From the IMG/VR virus record IMGVR_UViG_3300022591_000012, positions 1 through 54,453 of that record: a stretch of DNA of 54,453 nt; one strand, written 5' to 3'. Positions 25,834-35,683 of this stretch are shown in pieces; position 1 is the stretch's first letter; the number at the start of each line of letters is the position of its first letter. The notes beneath the pieces are model-generated. The model saw nothing but the letters and a program-made list of their open reading frames with translations. It made no database searches and was not told the origin of the DNA. The position numbers were made by a program, and so were the translations under genes. This DNA is from a virus (Duplodnaviria; Caudoviricetes).

Positions 25834-26249
25834 GCGAGACTATCAGCGTTGTGCTGAAATTCATAAGCAGCCCGGTTGGCGGATTTTTTCTGGGCGCATT
25901 GATAGCCGCCTTGATAGCCGCCGCAATCATGGGAGCGATGACAGATGGGGTCATCGATAAACTTCATCCAGAATGGCCCGTTGTGGAAGCGTTTTGGCAT
26001 GGAGAGTTCCCTATGAATGGTCTGGTTTTGCAAGATATTGAGACAGATCGTGCTTTAGGGCTATTAGGCTTTTTCGTGACAGAGGAAGATCCAGTGTTAT
26101 CGCGCCGCCTAGACGCAGGCGGATACGCGCTTCTCGTCCATTTACCGCAGGCGCCAACATTGCAAACTCTCGAACGGTTGGCAGCGTGTAAAAACCGGGG
26201 TCGTCTAATTGAACAAGCTTTGGCTGTTCAGCCGGCGCGGCACGACTAA
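25830..26249 (+). CDS. putative membrane protein, lower GC
   Basis: GGFFLGALIAALIAAAIMGAM TM segment; ATGA overlap. Confidence 0.55.
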   Translation: MSETISVVLKFISSPVGGFFLGALIAALIAAAIMGAMTDGVIDKLHPEWPVVEAFWHGEFPMNGLVLQDIETDRALGLLGFFVTEEDPVLSRRLDAGGYALLVHLPQAPTLQTLERLAACKNRGRLIEQALAVQPARHD

Positions 26250-26292
26250 AGCCCTACCATTGCCGGAACGGTAATGCTAAACTAACCCCAAC

Positions 26293-26360
26293 GCCAACCG
26301 GCTGGCCGTCTGCGCCGGGCATCTCAACGCTACCACGGGCCACGCGCCCGGAGATGTCCG
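26293..26360 (+). promoter_or_regulatory. pseudoknot leader RNA, copy A
   Basis: GCCA-A-CCGGC-TGGC...GCCGG; CGGGCATCTC pairs with GAGATGTCCG over SD/ATG; TGCTAAACT -10 upstream. Confidence 0.7.
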
Positions 26361-26653
26361 TGCGAACTGCTTTGCAAGCCACCACAGCCCTTTCCGGCCT
26401 GATCGACACGTCCGGTGCCGCGATTCCATCAACGCGGCCCGCTGTCGATGTCCGCACCCTCCCGCTGATCGACCCCGATGCGCTGCCGCCGATGCCTGAG
26501 GGGTTCGAGGCGCGGTTGCACGGTGACGACGAGATCGTGGTGTGGTGGCCCGCGCAAGGGCTGCACGCCGCGGTGCCGCTGCTGGAACGGGAGACGGCGA
26601 TCCCCGAGGCGGTGGCGGCCATGATTTCGGCGGCGGGAGGCGCAATCGGATGA
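26354..26653 (+). CDS. hypothetical protein, paralog of next gene
   Basis: LPLIDP..LPP..GFEARL...VWWPAQGLHAA. Confidence 0.7.
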   Translation: MSVRTALQATTALSGLIDTSGAAIPSTRPAVDVRTLPLIDPDALPPMPEGFEARLHGDDEIVVWWPAQGLHAAVPLLERETAIPEAVAAMISAAGGAIG

Positions 26654-26961
26654 ACACCGACCCCGAGGCATGGCTCCATGCCTATCAGGCTCTCGATCGG
26701 CGCCATCGGCGCCATCGGGCGGAGACCTTCCTTGTCACCGACCTTCCCTTAGCCGATCCGGCATCGCTCCCGCCTCATCCGCCGCTGCCGCGTGGCATTG
26801 AGGCGCGGCTTCTGGAGTCCGTTGGCCCGACGATAATCCTCTGGTGGCCGTCGCAGGGCATGCACGCGGCATTTCCCGCAAAAGACTGCAACAAGTGCTA
26901 TGCGCCGGCCTTGGACCAGTTGATCCAGGCCGCATCCTTCGGCCGCTCGGGGCGCGCCTGA
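26650..26961 (+). CDS. hypothetical protein, paralog of previous gene
   Basis: LPLADP..LPP..GIEARL...LWWPSQGMHAA; SD GGAGG. Confidence 0.7.
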   Translation: MNTDPEAWLHAYQALDRRHRRHRAETFLVTDLPLADPASLPPHPPLPRGIEARLLESVGPTIILWWPSQGMHAAFPAKDCNKCYAPALDQLIQAASFGRSGRA

Positions 26962-26962
26962 G

Positions 26963-29353
26963 ATGGCTCAGGACCCGGACAAGCCGAAAGACGACGGCAA
27001 GGTACGCCTCCCGCGCACCGACAGCGCCATGAACAAGATCGCCCCGAAGATGACCGCGCCCGCCGACGACAAGGGCGGAAAGACCAAGGGCGCGAAAGCC
27101 AAGGAAGCCGAGCGCAAGGAAAAGCTCCTGCACCGCGCGCTGAAGCGGTTCGACAAGGCAGTTGAGGCCGAAGCCGCCAACCGCAAGGAGGGGCTGGACG
27201 ATAAGAAATTCGCCGCGGGAGCACCATATCAATGGCCCGCCGGCATCGTGGCGCAGCGGAACCTCGATCAGCGTCCGTGTTTGACAATCAACAGACTGCC
27301 TAATTTCATTCACCAGATCACAAACGACCAGAGGCAGAACCGCCCCGGCATCGTGATTTCCCCGACAGGAGACCGCGGCGACGTTGACGTTGCCAAGATG
27401 TACCGCGGCTTGATCCGGTTCATCGAGCGGGATTCCTGCGCTGACACAGCCTACGACACCGGCTTTGACAGTGCAGTCCGCATGGGATGGGGCTACTGGC
27501 GTATTCTCACGGAATACGAAAGCCCCGACAGTCGCAACATGAAGCTAGTAATCCGCCGCATCCGAAACACATTTACTGTCTACATGGACCCATCTGCGGA
27601 TGACCAGACCGCCGCCGACGCGAAGTGGGGATTTATTTCCACGATGATACCGCGCGACGAGTTCACTGACAAATACCCAGACGCGGACCCGATGCCGTTC
27701 GACAAGGCATCCATCGGCGAGCCGATGAAGAACTGGCTCAGCAAGGACGAAATCCGCATCGCCGAGTATTTCGAGATCGAATACAAGATGCGGACGCTTG
27801 TAGCCCTGGATAACGGGCACGAGGGATGGGAAGACGAGCTTGACGACGCCGTGCGCGAAGCCATCGCGGACGGCAGAATCGAAGTCATTGATGAGCGCGA
27901 AAGCCGCGTTCCAAAGGTAAAATGGTATAAAATCACCGCAAAAGACGTGCTGGAAGAAACAGATTGGATCGGCTCTACAATCCCGATTGTCCGGGTTGTC
28001 GGAGAAGAAGAGGATATCGAGGGCAAGGTCATTCTGTCGGGCATCGTGCGGCACGCCAAAGATTCGCAGCGGATGTACAATTATCATAAAACCGGCGAAA
28101 CCGAACTGGTCGCGCTTGCTCCCAAGGCGCCGTTCATCGGCGAGGAAGGTCAGTTCGAAGGGCACGAAGACGAATGGAGAACCGCCAACACGCGGTCCCT
28201 GCCGTATCTGAGCTACAAGGGGACCAGCGTCAACGGCACCCCGATACCGCCGCCGCAACGCCAGCCATTTGCCGGCATTCCAGCCGGCGTCGTCAACGCT
28301 GCTCAGGGCGCCGCTCAGGACATGCAGGCGACGACCGGCATCCGATTCGACGCCACCATGAACGAGCGGATGATAGACGAAAGCGGCAAGGCGATCCGCG
28401 AGTTGCGCCGCTCCGGCGACATGGGATCGTTCCACTTCATCGACAACCTGGCGCGGTCGTTGCGCCGCACGGGCGAAATCCTCGTTGAGGCCATCCCCCT
28501 GGTTTATGACACCGCGCGAACATTGACGATTTTGCGTGAGGACGACAAGGAAGAGCAGATCAGGATTGACCCGACGCTGCCGAAGCCGACCGGCGAAATG
28601 CGCAAGCCGGATGGAAAGCGGATCAAACTGTTCAACCCGAAATTCGGGAAATACGGCGTGACGGTGACGATCGGGCCTTCGTTCGCGACAAAACGGATCG
28701 AGGCGAGCGAAAACATGATCTCGTTCGCCAAGGCGCTGCCGCAGACGGGCGCGCTCATCGCTGATCTGATCGCCAAAAATCAAGACTGGCCCGGCGCGGA
28801 AGAGATCGCCACCCGCCTCGCCAAGACGCTGCCGCCGGGGTTGCTCCAGCCCGATATGAAGGACGTTCCGCCGCAGGTTCAGGCCATCCTTCAGCAACAG
28901 GACGCGCAGGTTAAGGAATTGGGCATGAAGCTCCAGGCCGCCATGCTGGAATTGCAGGACAAGCGGGCGGATCGGGCGGTCGATATTGACAAGGTGAACA
29001 AGGACTTTGAGGCAAAACTTCTGAAGGTGGTGGCCGACACCGAGGCAAAAATGGCCGCGGTGGAGGAAAAGGCCGCGGCGAACTTCAACACTCACATCGG
29101 CGCGCAAATTCAGGAACTCGGCGCCAACGTCGCGGGCCTGATCCAGCAATTGGAGCATCCGCCACAAACAGCCGGCGGCGGCGATGGACAGAAGCCGCCG
29201 GGCAATGAGACTGCCGCGCCGGCCGAGGCGCCGGAACCGAACGAACCGCCGCCCGTGGCGTTGCAGCATCTCAAGCAGGGGCGAGCGACGACCTTTGCGA
29301 ACGGCCAGAAATGGACGCTCGGGCCGGACGGCAAGCCGGCGAGGGTCGTGTAA
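26963..29353 (+). CDS. P22-like portal protein
   Basis: QWP, RPCLTINRL, NDQRQNRP, GWGYWRI, KDSQRMYNY, APKAPFIG, SGKAI, GPSFATKR, DWPGAEEIA. Confidence 0.95.
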   Translation: MAQDPDKPKDDGKVRLPRTDSAMNKIAPKMTAPADDKGGKTKGAKAKEAERKEKLLHRALKRFDKAVEAEAANRKEGLDDKKFAAGAPYQWPAGIVAQRNLDQRPCLTINRLPNFIHQITNDQRQNRPGIVISPTGDRGDVDVAKMYRGLIRFIERDSCADTAYDTGFDSAVRMGWGYWRILTEYESPDSRNMKLVIRRIRNTFTVYMDPSADDQTAADAKWGFISTMIPRDEFTDKYPDADPMPFDKASIGEPMKNWLSKDEIRIAEYFEIEYKMRTLVALDNGHEGWEDELDDAVREAIADGRIEVIDERESRVPKVKWYKITAKDVLEETDWIGSTIPIVRVVGEEEDIEGKVILSGIVRHAKDSQRMYNYHKTGETELVALAPKAPFIGEEGQFEGHEDEWRTANTRSLPYLSYKGTSVNGTPIPPPQRQPFAGIPAGVVNAAQGAAQDMQATTGIRFDATMNERMIDESGKAIRELRRSGDMGSFHFIDNLARSLRRTGEILVEAIPLVYDTARTLTILREDDKEEQIRIDPTLPKPTGEMRKPDGKRIKLFNPKFGKYGVTVTIGPSFATKRIEASENMISFAKALPQTGALIADLIAKNQDWPGAEEIATRLAKTLPPGLLQPDMKDVPPQVQAILQQQDAQVKELGMKLQAAMLELQDKRADRAVDIDKVNKDFEAKLLKVVADTEAKMAAVEEKAAANFNTHIGAQIQELGANVAGLIQQLEHPPQTAGGGDGQKPPGNETAAPAEAPEPNEPPPVALQHLKQGRATTFANGQKWTLGPDGKPARVV

Positions 29354-29601
29354 TGGACTGGACCCCCATCCACCACGAAGACCACGACCCCGCGCCAGCA
29401 CCAGCGACCGGACCAGCGCCCGAACCGAAGCAAAGTCGCGAGCCGAAATCCGCATCCGCTTTGCCTCTCATGCTGTCGGTCGGCGCAACGCCCGATCTGG
29501 CCGAGGCCATGGAACGCCTGGAAGGAAAGATCGACAGGCTTATCAGCTTGTTAAACGCTGAACCTAAAGCGTCACGTGAAGAAACGCCAACAACCCCTTG
29601 A
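29353..29601 (+). CDS. small hypothetical protein
   Basis: TAATG overlap with portal stop. Confidence 0.55.
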   Translation: MDWTPIHHEDHDPAPAPATGPAPEPKQSREPKSASALPLMLSVGATPDLAEAMERLEGKIDRLISLLNAEPKASREETPTTP

Positions 29602-29655
29602 CAACGCATAACCATGCCGTCTAATTAACGGTCACAACCTGCGAGGCTACCGTTC

Positions 29656-30777
29656 ATGGCTGTGGCAACCCGAGGACCGGACATTCTGACCCGATCAGCG
29701 CCCCCGCTATCGGCGGTTTCCGATATGCCCCTGGCTGACATTGAGAAGCCGCCTGCATCGGCGTCAAACGACCCGGCAGACCATGCCAGGGGCGTTGCTG
29801 AGGAAATGTCGCCGCAAGCGCAGGCCGCCGCTCGTGCGGCCAAGGTGACGGACCCGGACGCCAAGCCGGTTGAAGCCAAGCCGGTCGAGGAGCCGATTGA
29901 CCTATCCGACCTCCCGGAGAACGCGCCGTACTGGTATAAACGCGAAGTAGGCAGGATGCGGCAGCAGACCCGCGCCGCGAAGGCCGGATTTGCCACCGAG
30001 GCCGAGGCCGCAAAGAAAGAGGCTGCCGACGCAAGCGCCGCAGCCGCGAAGGCCGCAGCCGACGCGAAGGCCGAAGCCGAAGCCGCCCGCGCCGAACTCG
30101 CCCGGATCAAGGCGGAGATCGAAGCCAAGGCCGCCGAAGCCCCGCCGGAGGCACCGGAGCCGCCGGCCGCCGATCCGCGTCCGGCACGCGACGCGTTCGA
30201 TGATCCCGACGCTTACGACTCCGCGCTGGAGGCGTGGTCCGAGCGCAAGGCCGCCGCGAAGATCGAGGCGGATCGCGTCGCCGCGGAAACCGCCGTCAAG
30301 GAGGCTGCGAAAGCCGCGGAAGCCGAAGCCGCGAAGGCCGCGCAAGATGCCGAAATTGCCAAGGTCGTCGCGACCTGGACCGAAAAGAGGACCGCGGCGA
30401 TTGAGCGGTATCCGGACTACGTTGAAGTGACCGAGGCCGATAAGCTGGTGATATCGGACGATATGGCAAAAACGATCGTGACTGCGCCGAACGGCACCGA
30501 TATTGCGTATTACCTGGGCAAGAATTTGGACGAATCCAAGCGCATCGCGGCGCTGCCAAGCCGGACGCAGCAGATTTTCGAGATCGGCGCGCTGTCCGCG
30601 AAACTGGCCGCAACCCCGGCCCGTGCGCCTCGCCCGAAGCCGCTGCAACCGATCGAGACCGGCAGCAACGCCGCCGATACGTCCGATCGGGAAGAAACGA
30701 TGGCGGAAGTCGAAGCTCGGGTTTCCGCGCGGATTGCCGCGCAGCGCAAGCCGTTCATTCAAGCGACTCGCCACTGA
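29656..30777 (+). CDS. scaffolding protein
   Basis: Ala/Glu coiled coil, PARDAFDD, YPDY, IAYYLGKN; position between portal and coat. Confidence 0.8.
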   Translation: MAVATRGPDILTRSAPPLSAVSDMPLADIEKPPASASNDPADHARGVAEEMSPQAQAAARAAKVTDPDAKPVEAKPVEEPIDLSDLPENAPYWYKREVGRMRQQTRAAKAGFATEAEAAKKEAADASAAAAKAAADAKAEAEAARAELARIKAEIEAKAAEAPPEAPEPPAADPRPARDAFDDPDAYDSALEAWSERKAAAKIEADRVAAETAVKEAAKAAEAEAAKAAQDAEIAKVVATWTEKRTAAIERYPDYVEVTEADKLVISDDMAKTIVTAPNGTDIAYYLGKNLDESKRIAALPSRTQQIFEIGALSAKLAATPARAPRPKPLQPIETGSNAADTSDREETMAEVEARVSARIAAQRKPFIQATRH

Positions 30778-30789
30778 CCGCCAGAGCGG

Positions 30790-30874
30790 CCCGACCGGAC
30801 GGGTAATTCCGGGATGACTACCGACTACCGACTACCACCGGCACGGCCGGGCACGCACCGAGGCGCATCTCGGG
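30790..30874 (+). promoter_or_regulatory. pseudoknot leader RNA, copy B
   Basis: CCCG-A-CCGGA-CGGG-TAAT-TCCGG; alternative CCGGGATG/CATCTCGG helix. Confidence 0.65.
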
Positions 30875-30945
30875 ACCGAAGGAACCAACCGATGACCGCA
30901 ACAACCCAATAGTCGCTCCGATTGCGGGGCGCACAGGAGCCTGAC

Positions 30946-32130
30946 ATGGCAACCAACGCCCTGCTTACCCCTTCGCTCATCACGAAGGAAACGCTCGCCA
31001 TTCTGAGCAACAACCTTGTCGCCGCCGGCAAGGTCAACAGACAGTTCGAAAACCAGTTCGTCAAGATCGGCACCACGCTGACCGTCCGCAAGCCGGTTCG
31101 CTTCAAGGTGACGCGCGGCCCCGCGCTGCAAATCCAGGACATCACCGAGCCGTCCACCTCAATCACGGTGTCTCAGCAGGCGCACGTCGATTGGCAGTTT
31201 TCGTGCCAGGAACTCACGCTGACCATCGAGGACTTTTCCGAACGGTATTGCAAGCCGGCGGCTGAGGAACTCGCGAACGACGTGGACTATACGGTCCTCG
31301 GCCTGTTCAGCCAGTTGTTCAACCAGACCGGCACGCCGGGCACCGCTCCGTCTGCGTTCGCTGACCTGGCCGATGTCGGCCAAAGGATGGACGAAGGCGC
31401 GGTGCCGCAGGAAAGCCGCGTGCTGGTGCTCTCCCCGAAATCGTATTGGGCAATGGCAAAGGGCCTGATCGGCTACTACGTTCAGAATGTTTCTGAACCC
31501 GCGTTCAAGGGCTTCCTGGCGAACATCGCCAACTTCGAAATATTCATGGACCAGAACGTCCAGGCGCAGACTGTCGGCAACTGGAGCGGAACGCCGGTCG
31601 TCAACGGCGCCGGCCAAACCGGCGGCGTTCTGGTGACGAACGGGTGGACCGCCTCCGTGTCCGGCCTGTTGGCCCTTGGCGACATCTTCACCATCACGGG
31701 CGTTTACGCGATCAACCCGAAGAACCGGCAGTCCACCGGCGCGCTGCAAAACTTCCTGGTGACTTCGGCGGTGACTTCGGATGCGGGCGGCAACGCTGCC
31801 ATCGGCATCTATCCGGCGATCACTACGAGCGGTGCTTATCAGACCGTTTCCGCAGCGCCCGCCAACGGCGCCTCGATCACGGTCAAGGGCGCGGCGAACA
31901 CCTCGTATTTCCAGAACGTGGCGTTCACGAAGGACTGCTTCGGCCTCGTGACGGTGCCGATGGAACTCCCGAACGGCGTGGACTTCGTGGCGCGGGAAAT
32001 GCACCGGAACATTTCGATGCGGATCGTGCGGGCGTTCGACATCTTCAACGATGTCACTCCGGCCCGTATCGACATTCTTTACGGCGTCGCCTGCTTCTAC
32101 CCGGAGTTGGGCGTCCGCGTAACGGCGTAA
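30946..32130 (+). CDS. major capsid protein (P22 coat/gp5 family)
   Basis: NALLTPSLITKETLAILSNNLV, KIGTTLTVRKP, MDQNV, GDIFTITGV, RIDILYG; SD AGGAG. Confidence 0.95.
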   Translation: MATNALLTPSLITKETLAILSNNLVAAGKVNRQFENQFVKIGTTLTVRKPVRFKVTRGPALQIQDITEPSTSITVSQQAHVDWQFSCQELTLTIEDFSERYCKPAAEELANDVDYTVLGLFSQLFNQTGTPGTAPSAFADLADVGQRMDEGAVPQESRVLVLSPKSYWAMAKGLIGYYVQNVSEPAFKGFLANIANFEIFMDQNVQAQTVGNWSGTPVVNGAGQTGGVLVTNGWTASVSGLLALGDIFTITGVYAINPKNRQSTGALQNFLVTSAVTSDAGGNAAIGIYPAITTSGAYQTVSAAPANGASITVKGAANTSYFQNVAFTKDCFGLVTVPMELPNGVDFVAREMHRNISMRIVRAFDIFNDVTPARIDILYGVACFYPELGVRVTA

Positions 32131-32134
32131 CCAC

Positions 32135-32169
32135 GGGGCGCGTCCCGGCCTTGACCGGCCGGGCGCCCT
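32135..32169 (+). terminator. GC-rich hairpin after coat gene
   Basis: CCCGGCC-TTGACC-GGCCGGG; no U-tract. Confidence 0.35.
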
Positions 32170-32194
32170 CAACATAGCGAGCAAAGAACGCAGC

Positions 32195-32503
32195 ATGACA
32201 TCCCGCGAAAAACGCCGCCTCCGCAAGCAGTTCGACGCTCAAATAGAGCAAGAGCGCAACGGCGCACCGATTCCCGGCGAGATCGCCGAACGAATGACCA
32301 AGGACAAGCCGGCGGTCATTCTGCATCAGGTCGTCGTCACCGAGCGCGGCACGGGGCGGTTGATCCCGTTCGGCCCGATGATGATCCAGGACGCGGCGGG
32401 CATGTTCTGCGAAGCCATCAACCGGCAAATCCTTCTCGGCGCGGAGAAGGTCTTCACGTCCGCCGCCGTCGTCCCCATGACCCCGATCCAAGCAGGAGCG
32501 TAA
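32195..32503 (+). CDS. hypothetical protein
   Basis: ORF in late operon. Confidence 0.65.
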   Translation: MTSREKRRLRKQFDAQIEQERNGAPIPGEIAERMTKDKPAVILHQVVVTERGTGRLIPFGPMMIQDAAGMFCEAINRQILLGAEKVFTSAAVVPMTPIQAGA

Positions 32504-32504
32504 C

Positions 32505-33884
32505 ATGCCCTTTTCCACCACCGGCACCGTGACCACCACGAGCAACGTCCGACAGCTGTCCGACCGCAACGGCGAGAACGGCGGCCCCGGAACCCAACTC
32601 GGCGCGTCCGCCGCCGATCTCATCGGCTTCTACGGCGCAGCCCCCGTCGCGCAGCCGTCCGGCGGCTTTCAGGCGTTGGCTCAGGCGCTGCCCGGCGGGC
32701 TGATCAACTCCTACGCGCCGACGCTCACGCCTTCCGCCGTTGCCGCCAATACCACGGCGGAACAGACCTTCACCGTGACGGGCCTTGCCGGCACGCCCTC
32801 GCTGGTCATCGTCAACAAGCCGACCGCGCAAGCCGGCCTTGGCATTGCCGGCGTGCGCGTCTCGGCCGCGAACACCCTGGCGATCAACTACAGCAACGAC
32901 ACGTCCGGTTCGATCACTCCGACCGCTTCGGAAGTCTATCAGGTGGTCGAACTGATTTCCGGTGACGGCTTGACGTTCACCGCGACGTTGACCCCGGCGG
33001 CGGTTGCGGCGAACGTGACATCCGAGCAGACGTTCAGCGTTCCCACCGGCAACGTGCAGGTTGGCACCGCGCTCGCGGTGAACAAGCCGACTTCTCAGGC
33101 CGGACTTGGGGTGTCCTCGGCTCGCGTCTCCGCGGCGAATACCGTGGCAATTACGTTCTTCAACAACACCGCGGCCCCGATCACTCCGACCGCGGCGGAA
33201 GTCTACGTGTTTGCGGACCTGAACGGGGTTTCCGCCGCCGATAATGTGCTGGTCTACAACATCAACGTCGGCACTCTGGCGGGCGTGGCCCCGACCACCT
33301 CGGCGGAACAGACTATCGCGGCAACCGGCCTGCTGACCACGGACGTTGTGCTCGGCGTCTCCAAGCCGACTGCGCAAGCGGGCATCGGCATTGTCGGGCA
33401 ACGCATCGTCTCCGCCGGTTCGCTGGGCGTGACGTTCATCAACGCCTCGGCCGGCACCGTGACCCCGACCGGTTCCGAAATTTACAAGGTGCCGCTGTTC
33501 CGCGCCGCGCCAGTAGCCCCTATCGTGGAATACAACCAGACGCTGACCCCGGTTGCCGTCGCCGCCAACACGACCGCTGAACAGGTGTTCACTGTGACGG
33601 GCCTGCCCGCGTCCACCGCGGTCCAGGTCACCAAGCCGTCCGCCTCCGCCGGCCTGGCGCTTGTCGGCGCCCGGGTGTCCGCCGCGAACACCCTGGCGCT
33701 GACGTTCCAGAACAACACGGGGCTGGCGCTTACCCCGCCGGCTGAGACCTACCTGATTTCGTCCTTCCCGCAGGCGGTGGGCGGGGTTGAGGTCATCCAG
33801 GCCGTGACGCAGGCCGGGCCGAACAATTTGGTCAACGCGATCCGCGGGGCGCTGGTGAGCACCGGCCTGATTGCCGGGTCGTAA
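32505..33884 (+). CDS. putative capsid decoration/head-fibre protein with four tandem beta-sandwich repeats
   Basis: IGFYGAAPVAQP N-terminus, ALVSTGLIAGS C-terminus, 4x TP.AVAANTTAEQ...KP...AGL...RVSAANT. Confidence 0.7.
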   Translation: MPFSTTGTVTTTSNVRQLSDRNGENGGPGTQLGASAADLIGFYGAAPVAQPSGGFQALAQALPGGLINSYAPTLTPSAVAANTTAEQTFTVTGLAGTPSLVIVNKPTAQAGLGIAGVRVSAANTLAINYSNDTSGSITPTASEVYQVVELISGDGLTFTATLTPAAVAANVTSEQTFSVPTGNVQVGTALAVNKPTSQAGLGVSSARVSAANTVAITFFNNTAAPITPTAAEVYVFADLNGVSAADNVLVYNINVGTLAGVAPTTSAEQTIAATGLLTTDVVLGVSKPTAQAGIGIVGQRIVSAGSLGVTFINASAGTVTPTGSEIYKVPLFRAAPVAPIVEYNQTLTPVAVAANTTAEQVFTVTGLPASTAVQVTKPSASAGLALVGARVSAANTLALTFQNNTGLALTPPAETYLISSFPQAVGGVEVIQAVTQAGPNNLVNAIRGALVSTGLIAGS

Positions 33885-33969
33885 CCTCTACCAACGTCCG
33901 GTGCCCTGTAGTAATATGGGGCACCGGCATTTGGGCCGGGCGGAACCGGCGCGGCCGGGTGGAGTGACC

Positions 33970-34287
33970 ATGAGCGACACGACGCAGTTGGAAATGACGC
34001 CCGAGGCGCGGTCCTTCGTGCAAAAGTGGGGGTTGAAAGACGTTCGGCAGGTAGGCTCTGCGCTTCGCCTGTCGCCATCGGACTATTGGAAGTTCATCGC
34101 CGTGTGGCTGGCCGCCGTTGACCTGGAAAACCTAGCCGACATGCGCCACGAGTCCGGCTTCCTGGATCAATTCGAGGGGTTTAAGATTTACCTTGACGGA
34201 GATGTGGCCGGCACCGGACTGACCCGCGCGCCGGACGGAACAGAGGAAGCGCCGCCCCTTTACACGCAGGAGGTGGCCAAGCCATGA
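33970..34287 (+). CDS. hypothetical protein
   Basis: SD GGAG. Confidence 0.6.
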   Translation: MSDTTQLEMTPEARSFVQKWGLKDVRQVGSALRLSPSDYWKFIAVWLAAVDLENLADMRHESGFLDQFEGFKIYLDGDVAGTGLTRAPDGTEEAPPLYTQEVAKP

Positions 34288-34538
34288 GCGCAATGGTTGA
34301 CCGGGTGGCGCGTGCGATTGGCGTTCGAGAGGCGGAGATTATGCTCGGGGCGCCGCCGGGTGTTTGCGCCGACACCCGCGAGCTTGCCCGCGCTGCCATT
34401 GCCGCCATGCGCGAACCGACTGACGCGATGGTGGATGCCGCGGTTGAGTTCACGTCGGATGCTCCGACCGGCCGACGCCAGTCGGTGCGGGTTTGGCAGG
34501 CCATGATCGACGCGGCGTTGAAGGGTGACCCCACATGA
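34284..34538 (+). CDS. small phage protein
   Basis: ARAAIAAMREPTDAM...WQAMIDAAL; SD AGGAGG. Confidence 0.7.
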   Translation: MSAMVDRVARAIGVREAEIMLGAPPGVCADTRELARAAIAAMREPTDAMVDAAVEFTSDAPTGRRQSVRVWQAMIDAALKGDPT

Positions 34539-34756
34539 CCAAGCCTCCCGCCAAAGCCAAGCCCCGACGCGCGGCGCCCGCGCCTGCACTCTCAACGTCC
34601 GAACCCGACATCAAGTGGCAAGCGCAAGACGCCCTGCACACGTTGAAGCGGGCGCATGAGATCAAGAACGACCCCAAGTTGATGCACCACGTTCGCGAGC
34701 ACGCGAAGGTCGAGAAGGCCGCGCTCTCGAAGGTCATCGGGCGGGGACAGAAGTAA
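34535..34756 (+). CDS. small basic phage protein
   Basis: WQAQDALHTLKRAHEIKNDPKLM. Confidence 0.7.
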   Translation: MTKPPAKAKPRRAAPAPALSTSEPDIKWQAQDALHTLKRAHEIKNDPKLMHHVREHAKVEKAALSKVIGRGQK

Positions 34757-35052
34757 TGACCATCACGGTTCCTGAAGAACTTCAAAAAGAATGGCACGAA
34801 GCCATCACTCACTTTGCCATGGTGATGGAAATAAACCTGCGCGGCTTTGTGTTTCGCCAATTTAACTGCGACACATCCGATTTCGATTGGGTGTTTGGCA
34901 GTGCCAAGTGGCCTCGCCTTTTGTGCGCCGACACCGGATTGCCGTGGCAGGATGATCCGATGAACGGAAACCGCGGCGACATTCCACTGGCCGACTTTCT
35001 GTTGTATCTCAGGGATTGGTATCATCCACGCCGGAAAAGGGACATCGCCTAA
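34756..35052 (+). CDS. hypothetical protein
   Basis: TAATG coupling on both sides. Confidence 0.55.
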   Translation: MTITVPEELQKEWHEAITHFAMVMEINLRGFVFRQFNCDTSDFDWVFGSAKWPRLLCADTGLPWQDDPMNGNRGDIPLADFLLYLRDWYHPRRKRDIA

Positions 35053-35597
35053 TGGCCATCCTCCAACACCACCACGAAGGCATCGTGCGCGATCTGCCGC
35101 CGTCGCCGGATCATGCCGAATACCCCAAGATGCTGTCGCATCCGGCCTATGTGCCGGCTGTGCCGGCGGTGGAAGTCAGGGAAGGCACCGCAATAAGCTG
35201 GACGCGCGGCGAACCGGAACGTTTCCCGCCGGTTCAGGTCAAGAACGCCGACGACGAGGCATATTATGTCGCCAGGGGCTACAAGCAGTGCGGCCATTCG
35301 GACCCCGCCGCGTTCTCCCGTGCCCATGCCGGGTTGCGGGTGGCGCCGGCCGCTTACAAGCCGCAGGAATACCCCAAGTATATCGGGGACGTTCTGGTGA
35401 ACGGCCCGGACGAAGAGGCCGCCGCCCTGGCTGCCGCCGAAGCCGCCCGCGTCGCGGCCGAAGTGCCGGCTCTGGCTCCGGAGAAGACCGCAGATCAGTT
35501 GAGGATCGAGACATTGGAGGCGCAGCTTGCGTCGCTCATGGAGATGATGACCGCGCCGGAAGCGCCGCGGCGCGGGCGTCCGCCGAAACAGGACTGA
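35052..35597 (+). CDS. head-associated phage protein
   Basis: Two EYPK...V.N..DE repeats and RRGRPPK tail. Confidence 0.65.
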   Translation: MAILQHHHEGIVRDLPPSPDHAEYPKMLSHPAYVPAVPAVEVREGTAISWTRGEPERFPPVQVKNADDEAYYVARGYKQCGHSDPAAFSRAHAGLRVAPAAYKPQEYPKYIGDVLVNGPDEEAAALAAAEAARVAAEVPALAPEKTADQLRIETLEAQLASLMEMMTAPEAPRRGRPPKQD

Positions 35598-35631
35598 CAC
35601 CCGCCGCCTGACATGCTAGACTAGCGCCGAA

Positions 35632-35680
35632 GCGAACCGGCTCGCGAAGTTGCCGGGCATCTCGAATATCCGGATGTCCG
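35632..35680 (+). promoter_or_regulatory. pseudoknot leader RNA, copy C
   Basis: GCGA-A-CCGGC-TCGC...GCCGG; CGGGCATC/GATGTCCG; TGCTAGACT -10 upstream. Confidence 0.7.
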
Positions 35681-35683
35681 CAA

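Noticed and set aside
27545-29455. 636-aa minus-strand ORF and other long antisense ORFs (31159-32226, 45355-46641, 51205-52329, 53026-54330)
   Set aside because: Shadows of high-GC sense genes with no recognisable motifs
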